A stretch of DNA of 63,847 bases, counting the filler, from Octopus bimaculoides (Eukaryota): NCBI RefSeq assembly GCF_001194135.2. It is 7 parts of 6 records of this genome, joined end to end, with 100 filler letters (N's around TTAATTAATTAA, not from the genome) between each part and the next. Parts side by side here need not be neighbours in the genome. Positions count along the whole stretch, not along the records: positions 24,192 to 29,916 come from NC_068989.1; positions 30,017 to 40,766 come from NC_068987.1; 5 more parts are not named here. One strand, written 5' to 3'. This document shows, in pieces, positions 25,118-37,571 of this stretch; positions within the stretch are counted from its first letter, which is position 1, and every line of letters begins with the position of its first letter. The notes under the pieces are model-generated. The model did not search any database. It was not told the DNA's origin and saw nothing but the letters and a program-made list of their open reading frames with translations. The position numbers and the translations under genes were made by a program.

Positions 25118-25225
25118 CTGTGGGTTATTTTGAAACCAACGACATGTTTGGTGGCAATCGTAGTGGGGCCGTGGTAGCCAGGAGGTGTTCAGAAGTTGTA
25201 GGTTTGGTACGATCACCTTGATATG
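25118..25225 (-). CDS. Weak candidate 108-bp exon
   Basis: Polypyrimidine acceptor CTTCATCTTCTTCACAG| and donor CAG|GTAATA. Only phase 0 is open: HIKVIVPNLQLLNTSWLPRPHYDCHQTCRWFQNNPQ. Confidence 0.3.
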
Positions 25226-25644
25226 CTGTGAAGAAGATGAAGTGAAGAGCGTAGTGTTGTGTACTACAATAAAACCCGACAACAAACCACGAGGTAGGTG
25301 GTCATTGTCTGGTGATTTCGTTCAACGACAGGCAGAGCACACCACTGGTTTGCCCACCAATTTTGTCTGGTAACAAGTATTTAGCGTGTACCTACCGGCC
25401 ACTGCCCTATCATGTGGATGAGGCTTGAGTAAGTATAAACATTTTTATCCTATAATTACATTTACAGTATCGCGATGTTACTTTCACGGTGTAGCGGCTA
25501 CCATACCACAAAATACGGTAGCACTAGTTTATTTTAATACTCGCTTACGTTAACAATGGTTTAAGTTAACTTCAGCTAATATAGCATGGGTCTATGTTAG
25601 TACAGGGTTCTGTTAACACGCGTTAATATTAACGATGTTCAAGG

Positions 25645-26050
25645 CTGCGAGCTGGCACAATCTTAGCACGCATGGGAAAATGCTTAGCGGTATTTCATCC
25701 GTCTTTATGTTCTGAGTTCAAATTTATCCAAGGCTGACTTTGCCTTTCACCCTTTCGGGGTCGATGAAAAGAGTTGAGGACTGGGGCCGATGTAATCGAC
25801 TAGCCCTCTCCCTCGAATTTGCTAGCTTTGTGTCAAACTTTGAAACTAATATTAACAATGGTCGAAAGCAGCGAGCTAGCAGAATCGTTAGCATGCCTGG
25901 CAAAATGCTTTACATTTCGTCCATCTTCACGTTTGGCGAGGTCAACTTTGCGTTTCATCCTCTCGGATGTAATCGATGTAATCACCAATGTTGTAATCGA
26001 TGTAATCGATTTACCTCCTGCCCTGAAATTGCTGGCTTTGTGCCAAAATT
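25645..26050 (+). mobile_element. Two tandem SINE family B copies
   Basis: GCGAGCTGGCACAATCTTAGC.. and GCGAGCTAGCAGAATCGTTAGC.., each with TTTCATCCT..GATGTAATCGA. Confidence 0.8.
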
Positions 26051-26267
26051 TAATATCAGTGATAACAAGGGTTTATGCTAACACTAGTACTTATTAGCAG
26101 TAGTTTATATTAGTGGTGGTTTCCATTAACATTGATTATTATTAGCACTGGTTTCTCCTACCGCTAGTTTATATTAACATTGGTCCGTGTTAACACTGGC
26201 TTATGTTAACTCTGTTTTATGTCAATATCGGTTATTGGTTTCAATTGATACTAGTTTGTATTAACCC

Positions 26268-26470
26268 TGATTCCAAATTTTGGCACAAGGCCAGCGAGTT
26301 CGGGAGAGGTGGATAAGTTGATTACATTGACCCCAATGCTCAACTGGTATTCATTTTAACGAACCCGAAAGGATGAAAGGCAAAATCGACCTCAGAACTT
26401 AAAGACGGGCGAAATATCTTTGAGTATTTTGTCTGATGTGCTCACGATTTTGCCAGTTCGTTACCTTAAT
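26268..26470 (-). mobile_element. SINE family B
   Basis: Reverse-complement match to family B. Confidence 0.8.
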
Positions 26471-26919
26471 ATTACCAACGTTTATCAATATTAAGTAAAC
26501 AGATTACCTGTGATGTAGATTTTCAGCGTTCTTCAGTTTTCCCCGCTTAGGTTTTCCTTGTATGCTTTTTTTTCTTTGAGCCTTTTATTTCTTCTTTCTG
26601 GTACTTTTAATAGAACGATGGTTTCTCAAGTAGTTTTGTTTCTTCATGTTACATGTTTTGGTAACCAGTTTAGAACATTGGTGCTTTCCATTTGATGGCT
26701 CTTTAAATATTTTTGCTATTTGTTATATTCATATCTGTTATTTTGTTTCCTGCTGTTCCTATTTATTTCTTTTTAAAACAGCTGCCCATATGTTCTCCAT
26801 ATTTCTTTCTCAAAAAATATCTTTTATTTCCTGTCGTTTACGATGCATTAATTTCTATTTGGTTTGATCATGTTCTTGCTAAAATCCTTCGGGATTGATG
26901 ATGATCTTTTTGCTTAGCA

Positions 26920-27330
26920 GGCGCAGAAGTGGCTGTGTGGTAAGTAGTTTGCTGACCAACTACATGGCTCCGGGTTCAGTCCCACTGCGTGGCACCTTGG
27001 GCAAATGTCCTCTACTATAGCCTCGGGCCGACCAAAGCCTTGTGAGTGGATTTGGTAGACGGAAACTGAAAGAAGCTCGTCGTATATATGTATAAATATA
27101 TATATGTGTGTGTGTGTGTTTGTGTGTCTGTTTTTGTCTCCCCAACATCGCTTGACAACCGATGCTGGTGTGTTTACGTCCCCGTAACTTAGCGGTTCGG
27201 CAAAAAGAGAGCGATAGAATAAGTACTAGGCTTACAAAAAATAATTCCTGGGGTCGATTTGCTCGACTAAAGGCGATGCTTCAGCATGGCCGCAGTCAAA
27301 TGACTGAAACAAGTAAAAGAGTAAAAGAGT
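26920..27330 (+). mobile_element. Full-length SINE family A, best-preserved copy
   Basis: A-box-like TGGCTGTGTGG, B-box-like GGTTCAGTCCC, CCTTGGGCAA core-like segment, internal (TA)(TG)n, and tail TGACTGAAACAAGTAAAAGAGTAAAAGAG. Confidence 0.9.
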
Positions 27331-27917
27331 TCAAAGAAATATCTTTGTATCCTATCATGACGAATTCCCTTACTATTCATCAAAATGCTTCTTATATCAA
27401 AATTTCTTTGTTTTTTTGACGCAGTATAGCTGAATAGTTAAGAAGTTCTCTTTGGCACCACGAGATCTCGGGTTCGATTTTACTGCATGAGATATTGGGA
27501 TATTGGGTAGATATCATTTTCTATAACCTGGGGTCGATGCGTACACATGAATAAAATTGGTTTCATGGAAACTAAATGGAAGGTCCATTTAGTAATTCAA
27601 AAGGTATGGCCGCGACATACACTGTCACACTGATTCTTCCTGAATATCATATTAGGGGTACGTTAGCGAATTTATTTGATCGAACAGCTGAAGCGTCATC
27701 GTCGAACGACGAAGATCCGCCACTATCATATTGTATATCTGTAGTATTTGTATTTATTTTTGTCTATTGTCAGTGTTGATCGCATTAAAAATTCTCCGAA
27801 CTTTCGTTGTTCTCTACCATAAAACTACGCTTAATACCCAAGTTTATTTTGTAGGTCTAGTTCTTTCTGTGCAATAAGCTTTGTGGGAAGTAACTACTGC
27901 CTTTCCGACAACGACGG

Positions 27918-27965
<48 letters not shown>

Positions 27966-29691
27966 ATATATATACATTCTGGGTATGCTAATGTTCAGAT
28001 TTGTTCCAGTATGTCTTTCATTTTCTAGTCTACTATTTTTTTTTTTGTGGTTATTATTTTATCGCTAAGTTTTATGCTTGGGTGAATCTTCGGTTCATCC
28101 ATAAAATATCTCCTATCGATTTTAGCTCTAAAACTATTTCCACATTTATCTTCATATTCATAACGTTCGTCTTTAATCGTCTATACATACATCTTATAAT
28201 TTCCGTAGTTCTGCTTTGGCTTTTGTTGATCAATATTCTCTAGGTCTGCTGGGATTTAGTTTCATTATGCTTAATTTGTTTCAGTTTTGCATGTGCTAGA
28301 TTATATTTTAAGGAATTATGTTTTCCGTCTTTATAGCTGTTATGGATTTGTTAGCATCATATACATCGGCCTTTCGCAGTAAGAGTAATAAAAGATTAGT
28401 GGACCACATTAAGGTCTTTCACAGGTCACGATGGGTAAGTACTATTCTATCCCGAGTGGTTTTTCACTAAAATGAAAGCAGAGTCGATTTTACCAGTTAT
28501 GTGAAGACCACGGGGTAAGCTCAGCTCCTTCCCTCAGACCAAAATATTAAAAGGAAAATAAGGCGGTGCTCCAGCATGGTTGCAGTTAAATGGCTGAGAC
28601 AAGTAAAAGGAAAAAAAGAAAAATAAACAACCTAATTTTTTTCCTATAATGATGCCACTTCTTACCCATCTTACTCATACAGAGTATGGGTTAGCTCAAC
28701 ACTAAAAAAAACAATGATGTAATGGAATCGAGACCGGAACTTCATGATAGCGAAGCAGGCTTCTTAACCATGCTGCACCTACAATTTGTACAACCTGATC
28801 AAATATATGTATGAAGATGCATGTATATTTTCTATAAGGAAGTCTCAAACAAGGCGAGAAGCTATGCAATGAACTTAACCCACTCACCTGAAATTTCAAG
28901 CCTTGTGACTATAAGAGAAAGGATTATTATAATAAATTGTAGAAGTGAGCAAGCAGTGGCAGTATGCCAGATGAAAATGCTCTAGTCGGTTCAAATAGAG
29001 CGTGATAGTGATGGTGACAGTGGTGGGGATTGCGATTTGTTGACATAGGGCTGCTAATAATAAAAATGATTTTTTCATCATACAATAGGGCCATAGGAAC
29101 AGAAAACGAAGAGAAGGAAAAAGCAGAAGAAGAAAAAGAGGTGAATAAGAACAACAGTTACAGCAACAACAACAACAAAAAAAGTGAAAAACAGAACAAA
29201 AAAGCAAACCTTGATAAAGAATTATTTATTATAAAATCTTTTATTTCATTGAGAAATATAAATGTATTTTTTTAAATTGTCGTAAAATGAATTGATGCTA
29301 TCAGTCACCATTCTTTAGCAGACAATTCAGATATCTTAACACATTTTTACATCAAATATTATTAAAATCATTATAAATTTTTTTATAATTCTAATCTTAC
29401 GCCAAAATCTCTAGTTTTATCAAAAAAGTTTTGAATGGTTTGGTAACGTTAACCTATGCACGAGATAGTTCGTCAGGGGTCGTCAGAGTTCCTTACAGTT
29501 CGTATTGATTCACAACAATTCGTCAAAATATTGGCATATTTAATTAAAAATAGAAGATAAATATACAGAATAGCAATATAGCGAAAAAGAAATGAGATCA
29601 TTAAAATACAAACAACTTAGGGAGTGAACATATGTGTCTGTGTGTCTGTGCGTCTGCGTGTATGTATGTGTGTATGTATATATATATAGAG

Positions 29692-29724
<33 letters not shown>

Positions 29725-29739
29725 TACATACATATACTT

Positions 29740-29895
29740 ACATATACATCTCCTTGTTTCTTTCTGTGTCCCTTTCTGTGGAAGAGCGTAGGCTCGAAAC
29801 GTTAAAGACTTTTTCACTTCCCGAGCGTTATACTAATACATCTGTTTGTTTTCTACACCACCTGTCTTCATCTTGTTTTTTGTGAATTCTCCCTA
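29740..29895 (+). mobile_element. Solo PLE-type terminal repeat with a compact hammerhead motif (29772-29807)
   Basis: CTTT-CTGTGGA-A-GAGC-GTAG-GCTC-GAAAC-GT-T-AAAG differs from CUGANGA at one core position. Confidence 0.6.
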
Positions 29896-30016
29896 TATAT
29901 ATATATATATATATATNNNNNNNNNNNNNNNNNNNNNNNNNNNNNNNNNNNNNNNNNNNNTTAATTAATTAANNNNNNNNNNNNNNNNNNNNNNNNNNNN
30001 NNNNNNNNNNNNNNNN

Positions 30017-30377
30017 CCCTAAACAATTTAATAAGTTCTACTGTCTGTTTTTCAGCCATTGTTATTACGATGAATAATTTTACGGTAAAGTAAGCATGTA
30101 TCCTATCGGCGACGCCAATAAACTCTGTTATGTTTCCCTCGGGTGACTCGCAGAGATAACACAACGAGTTATACAATTTAATTATTACATTTATTGTTCA
30201 ATTACATACAAAGAACGCACTCACCCAATGTTCGTTATGAATAAACAAAAGTCATGTCCGCCATATATATATCAATGACATTTTACTACGACAGTCCCAC
30301 AAGACAACAACAATGAAACAATGAACTCAGACGAACCACATGACACACGGAACGTCAGACGAATTACATATCTAACA
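30017..30377 (-). mobile_element. LTR retrotransposon 5' end: 252-bp LTR, PBS-like site and gag start
   Basis: LTR 30126-30377 is bounded TGTTA..TAACA. TGGCGTCGCCGATAGG lies at 30102-30117. ATG at 30059 gives MAEKQTVELIKLFR, which runs into the gap. Confidence 0.7.
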
Positions 30378-31029
30378 GTCCACATAACAGTACTTCTCTA
30401 CAATTGATGACCCCGAATAAAGAACAACTGCAGCCGGAAAATCTGAACTGCCGACCAATAATACTACAATTGGTACCCCGAGCTAAAAGATCTACAGTCC
30501 TCGTTTCAACAGCCATTGAATTCGTATGTTTCGTGACGTTCAACTTCAGGATTGCCTCTACATTCTCATCCATCACACGTGAAAAGCTAAGAAAATTTTT
30601 CTACGTTAAAGTTTTCATTTTGTCAATGACTTCCAGAGCCTATAACCAAAGATTTCTTTACTGCTCAGACCTTTGTGGTTTTTCACACAAAAACTTCACG
30701 GTTATTTCATCCTAACAACTTTTTGAGCAGTCTCCTACATGTTTCACGAGACGTCAATTCATTCTTACACAGCGTCCTCTACTTGCTGAAAATAGCAGTA
30801 AAATACACAGTTACATTTCAGTGAGTACATAACATTTGTTGATGCTTACTTGTTCCCAGTTCAGCATATTTTGTCACCTCTCCGTTTCTCTCGGCCGGAG
30901 AATGGAAGAGTTACTGGTTTATCTTCATTTGCACGGGATCTTTTGGTCATTTTCGCTCGCAGCTCCGAATTCATGACAGCATTTTTCAGTAATGCCACTC
31001 AACGGTACCTCTCAAATAGACGCCCTGTC

Positions 31030-31235
31030 AAATTTCTTTCTCCTGATACGCACCACCAGCTACCATCCCGCTTCTAATGGGATGGTTGAGCGTTTTCATA
31101 GGCAATTTAAGGCTGCCTTACACGCCTCACCCAACCCGCAGTCTTGGGTTGAATTTCTTCAAGGTCGACGCTAATGGTCATACAGAGATTGTGTCAGTCG
31201 ACCGTCTGAAAAAGCGTACCTTGACAAACCATCAA
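31030..31235 (+). mobile_element. Gypsy integrase remnant with internal deletion
   Basis: TTSYHPASNGMVERFHRQFKAAL joined to KVDANGHTEIVSVDRLKK. Confidence 0.85.
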
Positions 31236-32667
31236 CTTTCGTGTACGACGTGCCCGTTTTTCAAACACCACACACACCACTGTCAACATCTTTACCAATG
31301 CATACACCATCGCAAACACACATACAGAACATAGCTCCAGCCAGTTTCCAGCGACGACATCAACAACCACTACGAACTACAAGCATCGCCCCTGACGTCG
31401 CCAGCAGCAACATGACTTCTACACGTACACAAGCAACCAACATCAACAAGTGTGGTTTTATCTCGATCCTGTTAGAGTGGATGTTTCCACTCACAATCAA
31501 CAGACCAGAACTAACCAGCCAGAATATTCAGTACCAGGTAACACAGGTCCCAGCATCCGACGCTCAACTACAGCTCTGCTCCTTGACCACAACTTCCTGC
31601 GTATGAACATTCTAAATCTCCTTGTGTAACTTTTATAGAATATTCCGTACCAGGTAACACAGGTCCCANNNNNNNNNNNNNNNNNNNNNNNNNNNNNNNN
31701 NNNNNNNNNNNNNNNNNNNNNNNNNNNNNNNNNNNNNNNNNNNNNNNNNNNNNNNNNNNNNNNNNNNNNNNNNNNNNNNNNNNNNNNNNNNNNNNNNNNN
31801 NNNNNNNNNNNNNNNNNNNNNNNNNNNNNNNNNNNNNNNNNNNNNNNNNNNNNNNNNNNNNNNNNNNNNNNNNNNNNNNNNNNNNNNNNNNNNNNNNNNN
31901 NNNNNNNNNNNNNNNNNNNNNNNNNNNNNNNNNNNNNNNNNNNNNNNNNNNNNNNNNNNNNNNNNNNNNNNNNNNNNNNNNNNNNNNNNNNNNNNNNNNN
32001 NNNNNNNNNNNNNNNNNNNNNNNNNNNNNNNNNNNNNNNNNNNNNNNNNNNNNNNNNNNNNNNNNNNNNNNNNNNNNNNNNNNNNNNNNNNNNNNNNNNN
32101 NNNNNNNNNNNNNNNNNNNNNNNNNNNNNNNNNNNNNNNNNNNNNNNNNNNNNNNNNNNNNNNNNNNNNNNNNNNNNNNNNNNNNNNNNNNNNNNNNNNN
32201 NNNNNNNNNNNNNNNNNNNNNNNNNNNNNNNNNNNNNNNNNNNNNNNNNNNNNNNNNNNNNNNNNNNNNNNNNNNNNNNNNNNNNNNNNNNNNNNNNNNN
32301 NNNNNNNNNNNNNNNNNNNNNNNNNNNNNNNNNNNNNNNNNNNNNNNNNNNNNNNNNNNNNNNNNNNNNNNNNNNNNNNNNNNNNNNNNNNNNNNNNNNN
32401 NNNNNNNNNNNNNNNNNNNNNNNNNNNNNNNNNNNNNNNNNNNNNNNNNNNNNNNNNNNNNNNNNNNNNNNNNNNNNNNNNNNNNNNNNNNNNNNNNNNG
32501 TCAAGCAGCCTCTCCAACATTCCAACTCTGGAGCGAGACAAATAACCACTCAACATCATTGACGGCGTCTCAGCAACCAAAGGGCGAAATGCTGCCTATT
32601 TCCTCTGTAAATAAATATTGTTGTGTTGATAGTTCAGAATCTGCGTTCCATTGTTTCTTCAAGAAAT

Positions 32668-33130
32668 TTAATGTACGGAAGCGGGTGTACACCTAATGGT
32701 GTATAACCACTTTCCTACAAGGTTTTTGTTTTTTAGTTTAGCCAGTGTTTTATGTTGCGCCTTGGTTAAGTTTGGGGTTATATGCGATTCCTTCCTCAAG
32801 ATGTTGGAGATAGACTGTTTCAATCTGGATAGTTTGTGGTTGAGTTCTTGGTTGGTTGGGGGAGTGTGGTGTGGGTGGTCTAATTGGTACGTAGGAAATT
32901 TGCCGGGTGTGTTGTTGCTCTTCTTTATTACCATGAGCCATTTGAGTTGGTATGCTGTTCGACAAAAGTTGGCTTCCAGATCGAATAAGATTTTTTCATT
33001 TGGCTGTTGGCTCAAGATAAATTTAGGTCCCAGGTTGAGAAGTTCTAGTTCTTCATGGGAGAGTGACCCACTCAAGTCTGTGACTAGAGATTTTGTTGTT
33101 GATGGTGTGTTGGTGTCTTCGGTGTTAGTG
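32668..33130 (-). mobile_element. PLE N-terminal ORF fragment (family 2)
   Basis: LSHEELELLNLGPKFILS..DLEANF..PNLTKAQHKTLAKLKN is the typical pre-RT PLE segment. Confidence 0.75.
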
Positions 33131-33289
33131 TTATCTCGTTGTTGTTCTTGTTTTTGTTGTTGTTGTTGTTGTTGTTGTTCTTGTTTTTATTTTTGTTGTT
33201 CTTGTTTTTGTTGTTGTTGTTCTTGGTGTTCTTGTTTTTGTTGTTGTTGTTGTTGTTGTTCTTGTTGTTGTTTTCAGAGTTGGGTCTTT

Positions 33290-33960
33290 GTTTACTTTGC
33301 TGTAGCTACCATCACTTATAAGACTTGCCAATTTTTCCGAGTAGTCAGACTTGTTCATCACTACTGTAGCATTTCCCTTGTCTGCTGGAAGTATTATGAT
33401 GTAATTGTCACTCTGTAGTCTTTTGATAGTGAACTTTTCTTCCTTAGTGATGTTTGGTTTGTGAAGTTTCGCTTTTTCCAGTACCTGTCTCACTTTCCAC
33501 CTTAGTTCATCTCCCTGAGCTTTTGATATCTTTATGGCTATCTCTTCAATAGGGGCTATTATGTCTAAGTATGGAATGCACTTGATGGTTGTCGCAAAGT
33601 TGAGACCTTTGTTTAGTACTGCTTCTTCAGAGCTTTCTGGGTGTCAGCTACTTACATTAATTACTGCTTTCACAGGTGTGTGATGGACTTCAGTTTTCAC
33701 TCTCTGACCTTTGAGTTTCATAAACTTCTTAATCTGGCGTGTCTTCACCATTTCAGATTCTTTCAAGTATGACTTTTCTAGATCTTGTTGGATTCTCTTT
33801 CTATCATCATCTCTGATTATTTTTCCAAGTAATGAAGATAACCTCTCTTTGATTTCGTTATTTAGTTGATGTTTTTTCCAATGGTTGTAATGGATCCTTT
33901 CACGGACGAGGGCATTCCTGCCCTTTCTGCTACTCATCTAGCATTATATGAATCCACAGG
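33290..33960 (-). mobile_element. PLE N-terminal ORF fragment (family 1) directly downstream of its pseudo-LTR
   Basis: EEAVLNKGLNFATT..KPNITKEEKFTIKRLQSDNYIIILPADKGNATVVMNKSDYSEKL..DPT. Confidence 0.88.
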
Positions 33961-34000
33961 TGTCATTATATTCAAGCCAGGTGGTACTGATTAGATAATG

Positions 34001-34395
34001 CAGTTCTATATTTAAGAGATGAGGAATTATGTACATTATTTACATTTGACGGATATTTGTTCTCATCTTGTTTGTTGTTAACACAATGTTTTGGCTGATA
34101 TACCCTCCATCAGGTGTCTTGGGGAAATTTCGAACCTGGGTTCTCATTCCTAAGGTATTTTTCGATGTTGTTGTTGTTACAATGATGATGATGAGGAGGA
34201 GGACGGCAACAACAACAACAACATCGAAAAATACCTTAGGAATGAGAACCCAGGTTCAAAATTTCCCCAAGACACCTGATGAAGGCTGGAGGGTAAATCA
34301 GCCAAAACGTTGTGTCAACAACAAACAAGATGAGGACAAATATCCGTTAAATGTAAATAATGTACATAATTCCTCATCTCTTAAATATAGAACTG
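34001..34395. mobile_element. Head-to-head pair of PLE pseudo-LTRs around a microsatellite; both hammerheads mutated
   Basis: 34001-34178 is the reverse complement of about 34207-34395. The plus arm reads GACAC-CTGATGA-A-GGCTG..CAGCC-AAAAC-GT-T-GTGTC. Confidence 0.88.
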
Positions 34396-34409
34396 AATCG
34401 AGCACATGT

Positions 34410-35460
34410 TTACTCTGCCCTACCACCCAAGGTCAAATGGGCAAGCAGAATGATTCATAGATAGTCTCAATTGAGTGCTTAAAAAAAGCAAGAAAAGAAT
34501 TAAGAAATGACAAAGCACTAACTAAATTCTTAGGGGTGTACAGAATAATGCCCAATCCAAATACCAGTTCAGGCAAGTCGCCTGTAGAGCTAATGTTCAC
34601 TCGAAGGATTAAATCTATTTTCAACAAATTGTTGCCAAAGGAAGAAATTTAGAGAAAATAAAAAATATTCTCATGAGGAATTCCAGAGGGAGCTTCATGA
34701 GACCACTGCTGAGACGCTTCTAAAAAAAAAGAAAAGCCATTGGAAAACCAATTATAGCAGCGACTCCATTAATTCCTAAGGATATCTGAAGAAGGAATTT
34801 TTATTCTGAAATATCATATCAAACTATGGATGATTAAATTACAACAGTTATTATAGTCCATTGTTTGTATTATAGTGCATTGTTGTGTCATTCAAAACAT
34901 TTTGATGTTGGAGACAAAATCCATTTCAAAGTATACAAGAATGGTAAAGAGGGTTGGTAGGATGATGTAGTGACTAAAAGAATTGGAAACAAGATATATT
35001 TAATAAAAAGCCAATGATGGAAGCATAAATAACACCTAAATCAATTAAAAACCAGGTATACAGAAGAAAGGAAGGAAACTCCAATGGAAGTGTTTTATGA
35101 CATGTATGATGTGCCAGCACCGAAAGATTGAGCCTAGAAGGAGCAGTAACAGAAAATGTAAACAGACTGAACATTTAGAAATAATTCCTAAGCGGAAAAG
35201 GTACTGAACTCCTTAGGGAAGCAAAATTTCAAAAAGGGAGAGGTGCTGGAAAGAAAGAGAAAAAAATAATAATAAAATAAATTTCATTTCCTACAGAAGT
35301 TGGAATCTCAAAAGGGGAGATGTTGTGGTGAGAATCATGACACCTCCGCAAGAATAAACTTGACCGAACGACTATAAATAGTAGCAGTCTGAGTGAGAGA
35401 CAGAGTAAGTGTTAATCGCAGGAAGTTATAATGCGTCATTTTGGTAGTTTATCAGAATAT
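34410..35460 (+). mobile_element. Gypsy integrase C-terminal remnants, polypurine tract and 3' LTR start
   Basis: HPRSNGQAE..FLGVYRIMPNPNTSSGKSPVELMF and KIHFKVYKNGKEGW..RIGNKIYLIK. AAAAGGGGAGA|TGTTGTG at about 35310-35325. Confidence 0.8.
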
Positions 35461-35699
35461 CTTTTGTTGGTTTGTGTATAGTTAGTGGAAAGTTTGTTAG
35501 ATTGTTGCATTGTTGTTACCCTGCTTCGTTATATGTTTTATTGTTACTACATGGTTATAGTGTAAAAATGTATCGTCATAAATATTGGCGATACAACAGC
35601 AATACAACATATAACAGTAGTAATATAGTAATAATTATGTGTTTAGCAAATGTGCAGATCAATTGGTCCATTCATGCATGTAGTTACTCAGAGTAGCCC

Positions 35700-36300
35700 C
35701 TAACTAGAGCATCAATATGTGGGCATGTGATGGAACAATCAGTGAGAGACAAGTTAGAAGATGGTTTCAATATTTCAAATTCAGCAACACAAGCTTAGAA
35801 GATGAGGAAAGAAGAGGTTCATCTGATTTTGATGATCAAGCTCTTTTGCAAGTGGTGGAAGAACATAGATGTTGGCTTAGCAATTTGACGTCAACCATTC
35901 CACCATTTTTAAGCGACTCAAAAAGTTTGTAGAAGTATGGGATGTGGCTGGATGGGTCCTGCATGAGCTCTCCAATCACAACAAGACTGAACAAGTCTGC
36001 ATTTTTAACCAACTGCTTCAGTAAAATAAGCAAAATCAATTTATCCAGCCTCTTGTCACCAACAGTAAGTTCAGGTTACTCTTCAGAAACACCAAGTGAA
36101 GGAAAGTGTGTGTTAAGTGTAACCAATCTCCCAAAAGCATTCCCAAACCTTTTCACAACAAGAATTCCCTGTGGTGTGTATGGTGGTACTGCTTTGGAAT
36201 CATTCACAAGGAAATCATCATTCAAGATGGTCAACAAAGTTTCTGTTATTAGTGGTTTTATGCATGGTTGTTTATCACAACAGGTTGTTGAAGTGTGAGA
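35700..36300. mobile_element. Rearranged mariner transposase fragments (plus-strand HTH; probable minus-strand piece)
   Basis: Plus strand: GTISERQVRRWFQYFKFSNTSLEDEERRG. Minus strand: LLKQLVKNADLFSLVVIGE. Confidence 0.6.
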
Positions 36301-37059
36301 TATACTATATCTTTATTTACAATGTTTTCATTCGCAAGTTATAAGAAATATTATTGTTTATTAATTAAAAGCTATAATAATAATCTCGTTACTTATAACT
36401 TAATTACAAGTATTTATCACTAAGCATAACTCTTAGTTTAGGCTGCGTAAATGTTATGATGTATCATACCAAGATGCTGAACGTGCGTTCATTACGTACA
36501 TGTATGTTGAAGATTTAGATTATATTTTTTTGACCGTTACACATAAAAAAATACAGTTTCATTAATATACAGAAATAAATTCAACAAGTTGAAAGAAACG
36601 AGAAGTAAAAGGAATTAAGTTTCTACATTAATTTATTATATACATATTTTTTACATTTATAGAAATTCAGAAACCAAATCATTTCATCGTAGAGAATTAC
36701 AACTTAAATTTATATTAACTAATTTCTCATTCTAACTAATAAGGTTTCACGACAATTCAATATTGTCGGATTTGAGTATTGAACATGGCATATATATTAG
36801 CCTATACTCAAAATGGTGAGTGTCGTGGACTTTAGTGGCAACCAGCGATCACTGGAGATTTTGCCGAAAATCAGAGTTTTTATAACTACTCATACACGAA
36901 TCATAGAACCGTAACCCAGTGAAAGATTTCTTCAACGAAGTTCATAATTCGTATATGGGCAGTAATACGAACATGCAGCCTTCTGATCTGTTTGCTACAG
37001 TGGGATAAAAACAGTATAAGATGTGAATGGCTCATTCCTAACAGAAATAGAAAAAAGCA

Positions 37060-37535
37060 GCACTGTATTAACAGTAACATCTAACTGGCTCAACTCAACC
37101 ACTTAGAAACTGCTGTCAAAGCCAAACATTCTCACAAAAAGAATCACATTGTATTTCCCCATAACAACATGAGACCATATGTTGAATGGTGGGTAATGCA
37201 AACAATCAAAGACAAAAGATGGGAACTACTTGAGCACCCACCATATTCTACAGACTATCATGGCATTCATTCACTAAAAAATTGGCAGGCAGGTAAAGTC
37301 TACAATGATTTGGATGACCTTGTCACTGACATCAATGCGAGGACTGCGTCCAAAGATTGTCATTTTCTTTTTAATGTGTGGAATTGACCATTTGCTAAGC
37401 AAATGGGAAGAAGTTATTGAAGTAGATGGCAACTACACTCCAGAATAATCATTTAAACATTTTAACTGTACTTTGGTGCTTCATTTTTGAATAAATTTAG
37501 AATAAACCAATGGTCATTAATTATGCACCAACCTC

Positions 37536-37543
<8 letters not shown>
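37060..37543 (+). mobile_element. mariner transposase C-terminus with 3' TIR
   Basis: HNNMRP..RWELLEHPPYSTD..KWEEVIEVDGNY*, then TTATGCACCAACCTCATATA. Confidence 0.85.
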
Positions 37544-37571
<28 letters not shown>

